64,000 bases of DNA from a virus. The notes beneath the pieces were generated by a model that saw only the letters and a program-made list of their open reading frames with translations, did no database searches and was not told the origin of the DNA. Shown piece after piece: positions 9,371 through 18,174 of the stretch. Location of the stretch: IMG/VR virus record IMGVR_UViG_2920580016_000001, positions 1,614 to 65,613 of that record. One strand, 5' to 3'. Position 1 is the first letter of the stretch. Each line of letters starts with the position of its first letter. A program made the position numbers and the translations under genes.

Positions 9371-10252
9371 TTACAGGTAGGCCCGCCGCGCTCGCACTTC
9401 GAGCTTCGAGGCGGCGGTGACGCCTGAGCCGGAGCACGAGATGAGCACGGCGCGGGAGAACGGGTCACCGACCGCGACGGCAGGGGTGAGGTGCAGCCAG
9501 CGGGACGCCGAACCTGGCCCGAACACGGAGATGACGCCGGTACGGTCCGTGCCCGCGGCGAGGTCCCAGATGTCAGTGGTGACGACGGCGGCGCGCATGG
9601 CGGCGGAGTCGATCAGCAGGCGTTCTGACGCGGTGATGCTGTTGCTGCCGGAGGTGAGCAGGCCGACCGCGCCCTGCGTGGCCGCGTCCCGGATGGTGAT
9701 GTTCGTGGCCGGCCCGGTCACCCTGATCAGCGAGTCAGTGATGGGCGCGGTGCTCCCGGCCAGCGTGGTGATCGGCTGCCCGCTGGCATTCGCCGAGCCC
9801 TCCCAGGTGGTGACCGTCTCGTCGCGCCAGTACACCGAGGGCACCTCCACTACGGCGGTGAGGCGGGCGCGGGCGGCGCCGACCCACAGTTCCGGCTCGG
9901 AGGCGGCGACGATCGTCACGTCGGCGACGCGCACGATCGACCCGGCCTGGTAGCGGAGGGTCATGAGCCGGTGCCGGACGCCGAGCAGCGCGGACAGGGC
10001 TTCGAGGTTGGCTTCGAGCTGGGGGAAGCCGCCGTGCCCTCCGGACGGAGTGGCCCCGGTCACGGTGAACACCAAGCTGAAGCTGGTGAGCTCGTGGTCG
10101 AGGCCGACGATCGGCAGCTCCCCCGCGCGGCCGGGCACGGTGACGCGGACCGCCCGCGCCCCGGGAAGGGGGCGGCGCTGCGTGCCGCGCTTCAGCTTCC
10201 AGCAGCCTGCGGGGTGGTCGAGCGGCACGCCGTCCAGCGTGTACTGCGGCAC
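9371..10252 (-). CDS. Distal tail protein (Dit)
   Basis: Immediately after the TMP; about 290 aa; V.VPGR.G and C-terminal RRAYL pattern. Confidence 0.75.
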   Translation of the reverse strand: MPQYTLDGVPLDHPAGCWKLKRGTQRRPLPGARAVRVTVPGRAGELPIVGLDHELTSFSLVFTVTGATPSGGHGGFPQLEANLEALSALLGVRHRLMTLRYQAGSIVRVADVTIVAASEPELWVGAARARLTAVVEVPSVYWRDETVTTWEGSANASGQPITTLAGSTAPITDSLIRVTGPATNITIRDAATQGAVGLLTSGSNSITASERLLIDSAAMRAAVVTTDIWDLAAGTDRTGVISVFGPGSASRWLHLTPAVAVGDPFSRAVLISCSGSGVTAASKLEVRARRAYL

Positions 10253-10254
10253 GG

Positions 10255-12489
10255 TCAGATCACCCCCAGTGCGCCCGCGAGCTGGAGCCCGCGGTTGACG
10301 CTCGTGCTGGTCGGTTCGGCCTGCGGGTAGTAGTTCGTCTGGTGCACGACGACCCGCGACATGCCGCCGAGCCCCGCACCGTTCCCGCCGGGGAGCGCGA
10401 GGCCCGGCACGGCCATGTCGGGGATGCCCGCGCCGGCGACGATCCCCGCCATGCGCTGCACGGCGGTGCGGACCAGGCCGCCCGCTTGGGTGATGCCGAG
10501 GGCGAGTCCGGCGGGGACTTCGCGGCCCATCCGCATGAACAACTTGCTGGGCGAGGCGATGCCGAGGAAGTCCAGGATGGGTTGCGGGAGAATCGACTTG
10601 AGGAAGCCGACGATCTTGGATTTGATCTGGTTTCCGGCGGCGACGATGCCCCGCCAGAGGCCGTCCATGAGCGCCTTTCCGGCGTTCATGATCGTGTCGC
10701 CGAAGCCCTTGATCGCCTGCATGATCGATTGGAGGGCTCCCCGGAAGTCGCCCGAGATGAGCTTGACCACCGCCGTGATGATCTTGATCCAGAACGGCAG
10801 GAGCGCCGTCGCGATCTGCGTCAAGGGCGGGATCAGCGGCTGGACAGCCCCGAGGACCTGGGAGAACGCGGCCACGCAGCCCGTGATCACCGGGATCAGG
10901 GCCTTGGTCAGCTCCACCAAGGGCGGGAGCAGATCCTTCGCCAGTTGCAGCAGCGGCGGCAAGATCGTCTGGAGGGCTTGGGCCAGGAGCTGTCCGTACG
11001 CCGCCGCGAGCGGGGCCGTGGCCGCCGCCAGCTCCATGATCGCAGCCGACAAAACCGGAAGAATGGGCTGCAAACCGGACGAAAGCGCCGAAATCACCGG
11101 AGCGAGCAGCGACGCCAGATTCGCGAGCGCCGCACCCAGCAGCTGACCCAGAACCCCGGCGAGCTGCCCGACGACCGGCAGCAGCGGGGCCGCCGCCGCG
11201 AGCACGGCCGAGATGCTCTGACCGAGCGCGAGCAGCCCGGCCTGAAGCTCGGGCGATGCGAACGCTTGTGCGAGCATCTGCGCGACCACGGTCAGCCCAG
11301 GACCGAGCGCGGCCAGGGCCGGCCCGAGCGCGGACACGGCGGCGGCCAGCCCAGGACCCAGCGCAACCGCGATGGCCGCCACGTGCGGCGCAACGAGGGC
11401 CAGCGATCCGGCCAGCGCTTGGAAGATCGGGAACAGGGCTCCGCCGACCTGGGCGAGACTCTGGAAGATCGTGACGAGGATCTGCTGACCCTGCGCCGAG
11501 TTGACGAACGCGTTCACTTGGGCCAAGAGTTGGCCGATCACGCCGAGCGCGCCGGACCCGCCGGTCTGCATCGCCGAGAAGACGCCCCGCACGATCCCGA
11601 CCAGGTCACCGGCGATCGCGCCGAGCTGGCGCAGCACATCGACGGCGCCCTGCATCCAGGCGAGCGCCTGACCGGAGGCGGCGGCCTGCGACAGGAACTC
11701 GCCGAACCGGGCCGCCGCGGCGGCGATCCCCGGCGCGAGCCCGGCCGAGAACCCGGCGCCGACGACCGACAGGTCACGGAACCCGGCCAGCAGCGGTTGA
11801 ATGGCAGGCAGCAGCGCCGCCACGGCGGACCGCAGCGAAGCAAAGATCGAAGAGACGGCGGAGACGGTCTGGCCCGAGGCGGCGAACCGCGCCACCTCCG
11901 CCGCGCCGAGCCCCATCTGCGAGGCGACCCCGGACATGCCGCTCTGGAGCGGCCCCGACAGCACGGCGGCGAGCGCGGTGATGTGGCCGGCGAGCGGGGC
12001 GAAGAACGCATCCTGCACCGACGACTTCAGGCCATCGATGGCAGGCTTCGCGGCCCGCAGCTCCAACGCCGCCGCCCGCGCGGCCGGTGACAGCCCTTCC
12101 AGCGCCTGAGCGAACTTCTCCGGATCATCCGCGAGCGCGGCGGAGAACGCCTCCTTGACCCCGGCCAACGCAACCTGCAACGTGATCAGCGCGGCGCGGC
12201 TGAGCGCAATGGCGCCCGGCAGCGCGGCCACAATCCCCGCCGCTGGAGCGAGCGCCGCCACCAGGCCGATGGCGCCCTGCGCGGCCGACGCCAGACCGGC
12301 CGCGGCGGCTGCCCCCGACACCGACAGCGCGGCGAGCCTGCCGCCCATCTGCGCCGACCCGGACGCGATGGACCCGGCGTGGGAGGCGAACTCCTTCGCC
12401 TTGTCGCGGAAGAAGTCGAGGGCGCGGCCGAGCGGCCCGGTGAGGTCGTTGCGGAGCCGCAGCCTGGCGAACAGTTCGCCGACGTTCAT
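10255..12489 (-). CDS. Tape measure protein
   Basis: 744 aa Ala/Gly/Leu-rich helical repeats; LGIASPSKLF motif; follows the tail assembly chaperones. Confidence 0.9.
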   Translation of the reverse strand: MNVGELFARLRLRNDLTGPLGRALDFFRDKAKEFASHAGSIASGSAQMGGRLAALSVSGAAAAAGLASAAQGAIGLVAALAPAAGIVAALPGAIALSRAALITLQVALAGVKEAFSAALADDPEKFAQALEGLSPAARAAALELRAAKPAIDGLKSSVQDAFFAPLAGHITALAAVLSGPLQSGMSGVASQMGLGAAEVARFAASGQTVSAVSSIFASLRSAVAALLPAIQPLLAGFRDLSVVGAGFSAGLAPGIAAAAARFGEFLSQAAASGQALAWMQGAVDVLRQLGAIAGDLVGIVRGVFSAMQTGGSGALGVIGQLLAQVNAFVNSAQGQQILVTIFQSLAQVGGALFPIFQALAGSLALVAPHVAAIAVALGPGLAAAVSALGPALAALGPGLTVVAQMLAQAFASPELQAGLLALGQSISAVLAAAAPLLPVVGQLAGVLGQLLGAALANLASLLAPVISALSSGLQPILPVLSAAIMELAAATAPLAAAYGQLLAQALQTILPPLLQLAKDLLPPLVELTKALIPVITGCVAAFSQVLGAVQPLIPPLTQIATALLPFWIKIITAVVKLISGDFRGALQSIMQAIKGFGDTIMNAGKALMDGLWRGIVAAGNQIKSKIVGFLKSILPQPILDFLGIASPSKLFMRMGREVPAGLALGITQAGGLVRTAVQRMAGIVAGAGIPDMAVPGLALPGGNGAGLGGMSRVVVHQTNYYPQAEPTSTSVNRGLQLAGALGVI

Positions 12490-12554
12490 CCCGACCGCCC
12501 CTCAACTCAAGATCGAAAATGTGTTGGCGGGTAAGTTGGCGGAACCGCCAACGA

Positions 12555-13258
12555 TTACCGGCGACGGGAAGCCCGGTCGTCGCCCGGGTCGAGCGCGCGA
12601 GCGATCCGCGAGTCACACACGAGCAGCCCCGCGATCCTCGTGCGCAGCCACCGCCACGACCGGCCCCGCAGCGCCGACGACTGGTCGAGGTCGATCCCGA
12701 ACACCTGGTGCAGGTCGGCCTCGACCAGCTCCCACCGGCTCAGCAGGTCGAGCCAGGACACGGACGCCCCGCCGGTCAGGCTGAGCCCGTCGTCCGGGTC
12801 GTACCAGTCGCGGAGCCCCGTGACCGGGTCGATCTCGCCGCCGCTGCCCTCGCCCGGCGAGCCTTCCGATTCGGGGCCTCCGCTTCCCCCGCGCCGGCCT
12901 CCCAGTGGCGGCGGGCGGCGTCGATCCCGGCCGCGACCCACAGCAGCACCGTTTCGCCGACGTGCTGGATGACGGGCCAGTCCAGGCGGTCGGCGAACAG
13001 CTCGTCCCAGACGGGGCCGAGCAGCCTCTGGTAGAGGTCGCTGTCCTTGCTCTCGTTGGTGAGCACGGTCTCGGCCAGCTCGTTCAGGTTCGTGGTGTCC
13101 ACGTCCTGCCCGGCCTCGACGGCGATCCCGGCGTGCATGAGCCGCTGCACCAGCAGGCCCACCTCCGCGTCCGGAGGTGGGATCACGTACGTCTTGCCCT
13201 TGATGGGCAGCCGCAGGTTGGGGTCGAAGAACTCGTCCAGGTCGCGGAATCCGGTCAC
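12555..13258 (-). CDS. Tail assembly chaperone, long (-1 frameshifted) form
   Basis: The downstream frame (WELVEADLHQVFGIDL...WRWLRTRIAGLL) is entered by a -1 shift at GGGGGAA. Confidence 0.8.
12776..13258 (-). CDS. Tail assembly chaperone, short form
   Basis: Between the major tail gene and the TMP; LPIKGKTYVIPPP and NRKARR motifs. Confidence 0.82.
   Translation of the reverse strand: MTGFRDLDEFFDPNLRLPIKGKTYVIPPPDAEVGLLVQRLMHAGIAVEAGQDVDTTNLNELAETVLTNESKDSDLYQRLLGPVWDELFADRLDWPVIQHVGETVLLWVAAGIDAARRHWEAGAGEAEAPNRKARRARAAAARSTRSRGSATGTTRTTGSA
12884..12890 (-). other. Programmed -1 ribosomal frameshift slippery site GGGGGAA
   Basis: The 0 frame reads GCG GGG GAA; a -1 shift gives GGA AGC GGA and joins the 12555 frame. 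Confidence 0.8.
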
Positions 13259-13734
13259 GGCGCCACCAGCGGGTTGTCGATCTCGACGTCCTCACCGGAG
13301 CCGAGCAATGTGAAAGAGAACGGTTCGAGGTCGGTCTTCTCACCGCCGACCGTGAACTCGTTGACCTGGCACGTGCCCTGGTACGCCTCGTCCGAGCCGT
13401 CACGCCGGTACCAGCGCACCTCGATGAACGCCTCGTCCCCGACCTTGCGGGCGGCCTGGCGGATGTACTCCTGGCCGGCGTCGGGCACGAACGTCGCGCC
13501 GGTGTTCTTCTTCCGCTTGCCCTCGGCCTCGATCTTCCACTTCCGCTCAGTGATCATGTCGCGGCCGTAGCCCGACTCGTCATCGAAGTCGCCATCATCT
13601 TCCACGTTGTCGTCGGTGGTCTTCTCCCACTTGGACAGGCCCCGGACACGCGTCCACGCGGACGTGGGTGCGCCGATCCCGGCCGTGTTGACGTCCATGC
13701 ACCAGTGCTTGGCGAGCATGCTCACCAGAGCCAT
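13255..13734 (-). CDS. Major tail (tube) protein
   Basis: 159 aa; AAGGAG RBS; DAGQE, EAYQG and FSFTLLGSG motifs; canonical position. Confidence 0.85.
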   Translation of the reverse strand: MALVSMLAKHWCMDVNTAGIGAPTSAWTRVRGLSKWEKTTDDNVEDDGDFDDESGYGRDMITERKWKIEAEGKRKKNTGATFVPDAGQEYIRQAARKVGDEAFIEVRWYRRDGSDEAYQGTCQVNEFTVGGEKTDLEPFSFTLLGSGEDVEIDNPLVAP

Positions 13735-13805
13735 GATCGTTCTCCTTGTCGTGCGCACGGGAACCCCGGCCGCGCGGGGGCCGCGAAATGGAAAGAGGAG
13801 CGGGG

Positions 13806-14267
13806 CTACTCGTCGTCCCGCTGGGGGGTGGGCCAGTGCACCATCAGCTCGTAGGAGTCGGCCCGCTCCCACCGGCCGGAGGAGTCGCGGCCGGGCGGCG
13901 CCACCACCGTCCGCCGCGCCAGCAGCACCAGCACCCCGGACGGGAGCCGCGTCTCGGTCAGGCCGTGCAGCACGGCGAAGATGGCATCGGCGTAATCGCC
14001 GACGTCACGCGGGTCACCCTTCGCCCGCATGCGAAGCTGCACAAGCACGGTCGAGTCGCCGCTGTCGAGCTCGTCGCCGCCGGTCCCGTACACCGCCAGG
14101 CTGATGGCGGTGTCCGGTGTGGTGGGCAGGCCGCCGATCGACAACGCGAGCTGCGTCGGCGTGTACTTGCCGACCGGCGACCACACGCCGACCCCGCGCG
14201 AGGCGAGGAGCTGCGCCAGCCCGTCCAGCAGCGCTCGCGAGAACTGGCCCGGCATCGGCGTGGTCAT
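13806..14267 (-). CDS. Tail terminator / 'minor capsid' protein
   Basis: Position before the major tail gene; LPTTPD, VQLRMR and GRDSSGRWERADSY motifs. Confidence 0.75.
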   Translation of the reverse strand: MTTPMPGQFSRALLDGLAQLLASRGVGVWSPVGKYTPTQLALSIGGLPTTPDTAISLAVYGTGGDELDSGDSTVLVQLRMRAKGDPRDVGDYADAIFAVLHGLTETRLPSGVLVLLARRTVVAPPGRDSSGRWERADSYELMVHWPTPQRDDE

Positions 14268-14638
14268 CCGCCGAGCGCCTTCCGCACCGCCTTGGCCAGC
14301 ATCGCCCGCACCACCGCGGCCTCCTCGTACAGGGTGGTCTCCAGATACTTCGGCTCGCCCTTGAGCGGGTGCTCCCAGTCGAGCTGTTCGTGCTGGGCGA
14401 CCGCGTACGGCTGATCGAACGAGATGATGCCCTCCAGGTTCGACCGGTCCACCACGGCGCTGCCGGACCTTTCCAGGTCGCCGGTCTGCCACGGCACCTT
14501 GGGCTCGGTCATGGTCAGCACGTGTTCGGCGGCCTGCTGGAGCCCGGTCTCGATCGCCCGCCGCGCCCTGCCTTCCAGCTCGTCGGGGTTGACGTGCAGA
14601 TCCACGCGCACGTCCACGTCGATCGCGCGGTCCGTCAT
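14264..14638 (-). CDS. Neck / tail completion protein (HK97 gp10-like)
   Basis: VPWQTGDLERS, PYAVAQHE and KYLE motifs. Confidence 0.78.
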   Translation of the reverse strand: MTDRAIDVDVRVDLHVNPDELEGRARRAIETGLQQAAEHVLTMTEPKVPWQTGDLERSGSAVVDRSNLEGIISFDQPYAVAQHEQLDWEHPLKGEPKYLETTLYEEAAVVRAMLAKAVRKALGG

Positions 14639-14958
14639 CGGCACACCACCTCCGTGTGATCTGGTGTGGGCAGCCCGCCGCCGGAGCGGTTGTAGGACGC
14701 GATGACCGTCGTCGTGCGCCCGTCCGGCCCCGGCGGGACGGTCACCCGCGACCCTTCTGGGCAGTGCGTGCCGGGCGGGAAGAAGATCGTCGTATCGGAG
14801 ACGACCTCCGACCCTTCGGCGTTGCGGACCAGCCTGCGTTCGTCGTCCACCAGGCACTTCTTGGTGACCGGGTCGCCGAAGATTGGCCCGTACGCGCCTT
14901 CTCCCTCGAACGGCTCGATGACCGCGGTGTGCGTGAACACCCACTCCGGGATCAGCAT
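14635..14958 (-). CDS. Head-closure (stopper) protein
   Basis: G.GAYGP and RLVRNAEGSEVVS; neck-gene position. Confidence 0.72.
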   Translation of the reverse strand: MLIPEWVFTHTAVIEPFEGEGAYGPIFGDPVTKKCLVDDERRLVRNAEGSEVVSDTTIFFPPGTHCPEGSRVTVPPGPDGRTTTVIASYNRSGGGLPTPDHTEVVCR

Positions 14959-14965
14959 GACCGCC

Positions 14966-15361
14966 TCACCAGGCGCCCTGGTCGATCACGTAGCCGGGCA
15001 GGAGCCCGGCCGTGCGCAGGATCGACGCCGCGTCCGGCGCGTGCCGCGCCGGCCCCGACCCGCCGTCCCCGGCCCGCTTCAACGAGACGGAGCCGATCTT
15101 CACGTCGGAGAACGCCGCGGCGACGCCGTACGGGTCGCCGACCGCCAGCGACCACGCCGCCTGCGCGCATGTCGCCCGAGCGATCGCCTCCCGCTCCTTC
15201 GGGTCGGTCGGCAACTCCGTGACCGGGTCCACGTCATACACCGCGCCGACCAGCAGCTCGTCGATCCGCTCCGACGCGCGGGCCAGCACCGCGTCGATCC
15301 CGGCCGGGGCCGGCTGCCCGGTGTAGGCCGCGTAGTCGGCCCCGGTCGCGTACACCACCAC
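14966..15361 (-). CDS. Head-tail adaptor
   Basis: YAT...L.RAS..ID; ATCAQ; VKIGSVS; L..AGLL. Confidence 0.78.
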   Translation of the reverse strand: MVVYATGADYAAYTGQPAPAGIDAVLARASERIDELLVGAVYDVDPVTELPTDPKEREAIARATCAQAAWSLAVGDPYGVAAAFSDVKIGSVSLKRAGDGGSGPARHAPDAASILRTAGLLPGYVIDQGAW

Positions 15362-15370
15362 CCCGGCCTC

Positions 15371-15712
15371 CTAGGGCAGTTCGTACACGGCCACGCTGAC
15401 GCCGGCCGGGTCGTCGTAGTTGATCCACACCGTGCCGTCGCTCTGCCGGTACACGTCGCCTGGGGGCGGGATCAGCACATCCCCGGTGTTCGCCGGGATC
15501 ATGTACGGCACGTCCGGCAGCGGCTGGCCCTCCAGCTCGCCGGGGATGACCAGAGTCACCGTGCGCGCCGCGTTCGCGGTGTTCTTGACGCGGATCTGCC
15601 GCTTCGACGAGTGCGGGAAGGCGTGCCCGTCCGCGTTCGCGGGCGTCAGCGCAGCCGCGAGGTTCACGCCGGTGCGCGGCATCGCGGTCACGGCGAGGTC
15701 AATCCTGGCCAT
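15371..15712 (-). CDS. Virion-associated hypothetical protein (possible head decoration)
   Basis: GGAGG RBS; beta-rich, 113 aa; between capsid and adaptor. Confidence 0.6.
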   Translation of the reverse strand: MARIDLAVTAMPRTGVNLAAALTPANADGHAFPHSSKRQIRVKNTANAARTVTLVIPGELEGQPLPDVPYMIPANTGDVLIPPPGDVYRQSDGTVWINYDDPAGVSVAVYELP

Positions 15713-16049
15713 CGCTGCCCTCCTCGTCCTCGTCGTTGTCGGCGTTCTCGCCGAACTCTTCGATCAGCGCGTCCTTGCGCAGGGCGCGGGCGTCGGACTC
15801 GTTCATGCCGCGGGCGACGGCGTAGGCGATCCACGCGTCCTTCTTGGCGCTCTCTGGCGGCCGGACCCCCGCCGTCGCCGCTGCCACGACATCGACCAGC
15901 GGCGGCGGCGGAACGGCGGGCGAAGCGGGAGCGTCGGCACGGTCCGGGCCAACCTCGGTGGCCGACCAGTTCGGCAGCATGTCCAGGCACGCGTCCCGCT
16001 CGGGGAAGTCCACGACGTGGCCGGTGTTGGCGTTCCGGTATCGCCACAT
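15699..16049 (-). CDS. Small head-region protein with a C-terminal helical domain (P.ESAKKDAWIAYA)
   Basis: Coupled to the capsid stop; acidic tail. Confidence 0.6.
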   Translation of the reverse strand: MWRYRNANTGHVVDFPERDACLDMLPNWSATEVGPDRADAPASPAVPPPPLVDVVAAATAGVRPPESAKKDAWIAYAVARGMNESDARALRKDALIEEFGENADNDEDEEGSDGQD

Positions 16050-17002
16050 CACGGCGCCTGCACCCCGTGGATCTTCACTGCGCGGTCCGGGTCGAGCGTC
16101 TTGACTCCGTACAAGGTGTCGATGCTGACCACATCCTGCTTTTTGGCCTGGTCGTAGCCCATGACCACCCTGAGCGCGAACCCCTTGTACGACTCGACGT
16201 GCGCGTTCGCGGCGCCCTGCGGCAGAACCAAGGGCCTGGTCACGAGGGCGAACGCCGTCCTGTGGAACGCGACGCCGATCTCCGTGTTGGGCTGGCCGGA
16301 CGTCGGCGTGGTCGCCGGGCCCTTGATGTTCTGCGTCTGGTAACCGTCGTGCCCGAAGATCCTGCGACCCAGGTTCGCCTCACGCAGGCCCTCGGTGTCG
16401 CCCCTGTGGTCGCTCTGGTGGAACAGCGGGTCGCCGAGCCACTGCGCCTCGATCTCCGGCCCGACCACCACGTACCGATCCGTGGGCGGCACGTTCCTCT
16501 GGTTGAGCACCCTGCGCGCGTCGATGACGACGCGCGGGTTGTCCCAGTTCCACTCGTTGGTGCCGGTGACGGGGCCGCCGACGCCGGTCACCGTGGTCCC
16601 GGCCGTGCCCACGCGCTGGAGGACGTCGGCCCGCAGCGACAGGATGTCGCGGTCGATCCGCTGCGCGATGGCCTCCACCGCCGGAGCGAGGAGCTGGGCG
16701 TTGAAGTCAACGATGTCCAACGTCAGCTCCTCGCTGGTCACAGCGAAGGAGACGTCCACGAACTTGTCGAGGCTGATCGGAATGCTGCCCTCGGTCGCGT
16801 TCTGGATGACGATGCCCGTGGTCCGGTTGAACTGGGTCGCCTCGAAGACGGCGGGCTTGCGGATCGTGATGGTGTCGCCGATGCGGTTGACGAACTCCTC
16901 CTCATAGTCCCTGTGAACCAGTTGGCTCATGACCGTGGTCTCGTAGAGGTTCGCCAGCGCCTGACGAGCGATGATGCTGGGGGTCAGAAACGTGTTCGGC
17001 AT
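16049..17002 (-). CDS. Major capsid protein (HK97 fold, P22 coat-like family)
   Basis: NTFLTP.IIA..AL; GDTITIRKP; C-terminal SIDTLYGVKTLDP. Confidence 0.92.
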   Translation of the reverse strand: MPNTFLTPSIIARQALANLYETTVMSQLVHRDYEEEFVNRIGDTITIRKPAVFEATQFNRTTGIVIQNATEGSIPISLDKFVDVSFAVTSEELTLDIVDFNAQLLAPAVEAIAQRIDRDILSLRADVLQRVGTAGTTVTGVGGPVTGTNEWNWDNPRVVIDARRVLNQRNVPPTDRYVVVGPEIEAQWLGDPLFHQSDHRGDTEGLREANLGRRIFGHDGYQTQNIKGPATTPTSGQPNTEIGVAFHRTAFALVTRPLVLPQGAANAHVESYKGFALRVVMGYDQAKKQDVVSIDTLYGVKTLDPDRAVKIHGVQAP

Positions 17003-17050
17003 CGGGCCTTACTCCTGACGTGGGCCCGTTGGCGACCGCCAACGAGAGTG

Positions 17051-17923
17051 CTAGGACGACTTCTCCTTCGCCGCCGCGCGGCGCTTGCGGAAGTCATCGA
17101 CGTTGGGCTCGGAGCCGGTAGGACGCGCGCCAGGCCCGCCGGCGAACTCCCCTCCGCTCCGCGTGGGCGGCCCGGACATCGACGCCGCCTTGTACTTTGG
17201 GTTTTCATCGATCGCGAGCTGGATGACCTCGCCGAGCTTCGTCCCGAAGTCGTCGCTGTCGGGGTCCAGGTCGCGGATCTTCTTCACGAACGACCGCGAG
17301 TCGAGGAGCGCGTCGGGGTCGGCGCCCATCTTGAGCCCCTGCCGGTGCACGGCCAGCTCGACGAGCGCGCGGCGGTGCCGCTCCCGCTCCTGGTCGCGCT
17401 CCTTCGCGGTCTGGTCCTTCTCAGAGGTCAGCTTCTCGATCACCTGCTCGGGGGTGAGCTTCTCGGCCTGCTCGTCGGCCACCAGCCCCAGAGCTTTGCC
17501 GATCTGCTGGGCGAACTCCTCCCGCACCTGCGCAGTGACTTCCTCCGGAGACGGCCCCTTCTTGGCCGCGGCCTCCTCCGCTTCCTTCTGCGCCTGCTTG
17601 AGCATGGCGCGGTAGTCGCCCGCCTCCTTCCGCGCATCACGGACGATCTTCTGCGCCCAGTCGGGCAACTGATCGACCTTGATGGCGTCGGGGTTGACCT
17701 TCTGCTCGGCCTGCCGAGCTGCGGCGAGCGGGTCAGGCTGGCCAGGCTGCTGGCCGGGCGGCGTCACCCCGGCCTCCGGACCGTCGCCCTGCGGCGTGTC
17801 CTGCGGCTGGCCTTCGCCTCCCCCGTCACCTTCAGCGCCTCCGGCGATGAGCCGGATCGGCTGGCCGTTCCTGCGGTGGCCGATGATCGCGCCAGGCGTC
17901 GTCGGCAGCATGTGATCGAACAC
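17051..17923 (-). CDS. Capsid scaffolding protein
   Basis: GTG start with GGAGG RBS; LPDWAQK...RKEAGDYR coiled coil; ALLDSRSF; directly upstream of the capsid gene. Confidence 0.8.
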   Translation of the reverse strand: MFDHMLPTTPGAIIGHRRNGQPIRLIAGGAEGDGGGEGQPQDTPQGDGPEAGVTPPGQQPGQPDPLAAARQAEQKVNPDAIKVDQLPDWAQKIVRDARKEAGDYRAMLKQAQKEAEEAAAKKGPSPEEVTAQVREEFAQQIGKALGLVADEQAEKLTPEQVIEKLTSEKDQTAKERDQERERHRRALVELAVHRQGLKMGADPDALLDSRSFVKKIRDLDPDSDDFGTKLGEVIQLAIDENPKYKAASMSGPPTRSGGEFAGGPGARPTGSEPNVDDFRKRRAAAKEKSS

Positions 17924-18006
17924 TGGCCCTCCCGGAGCCGGACATGAGAAAGGGCCCGCGCCAGGCGGACCCGACAACACAGCGAGCAGGTGATCCCGGC
18001 CCTGCG

Positions 18007-18174
18007 TCAGGCCGGCCGGTACCTGCGGTAGATGCGCACCCACAGCACGGCGAGCGCCTGGTTGCGGGCGTCGCCTGCGGGGTCGTACGGGCATTCCGTG
18101 ATCGGGCGGGACCGCTGCGCGGCCCATCGCGCCGTCGTGATCGCCGCCCGCCGGTCGAGATCCGTGAGGCTCAC
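18007..18174 (-). CDS. 55-aa protein with an Rmf/CrpP-like CPY...W motif
   Basis: GTG start overlapping the MuF stop; MSLTDLDRRAAITTARWAAQRSRPITECPYDP...LAVLWVRIY. Confidence 0.65.
   Translation of the reverse strand: MSLTDLDRRAAITTARWAAQRSRPITECPYDPAGDARNQALAVLWVRIYRRYRPA

Noticed and set aside
14702-17947. Long plus-strand ORFs (1081 aa here; also 3051..4829, 4944..6716, 10342..12090, 23177..25219)
   Set aside because: Antisense shadows of high-GC minus-strand structural genes; Arg/Gly/His-rich with no motifs.
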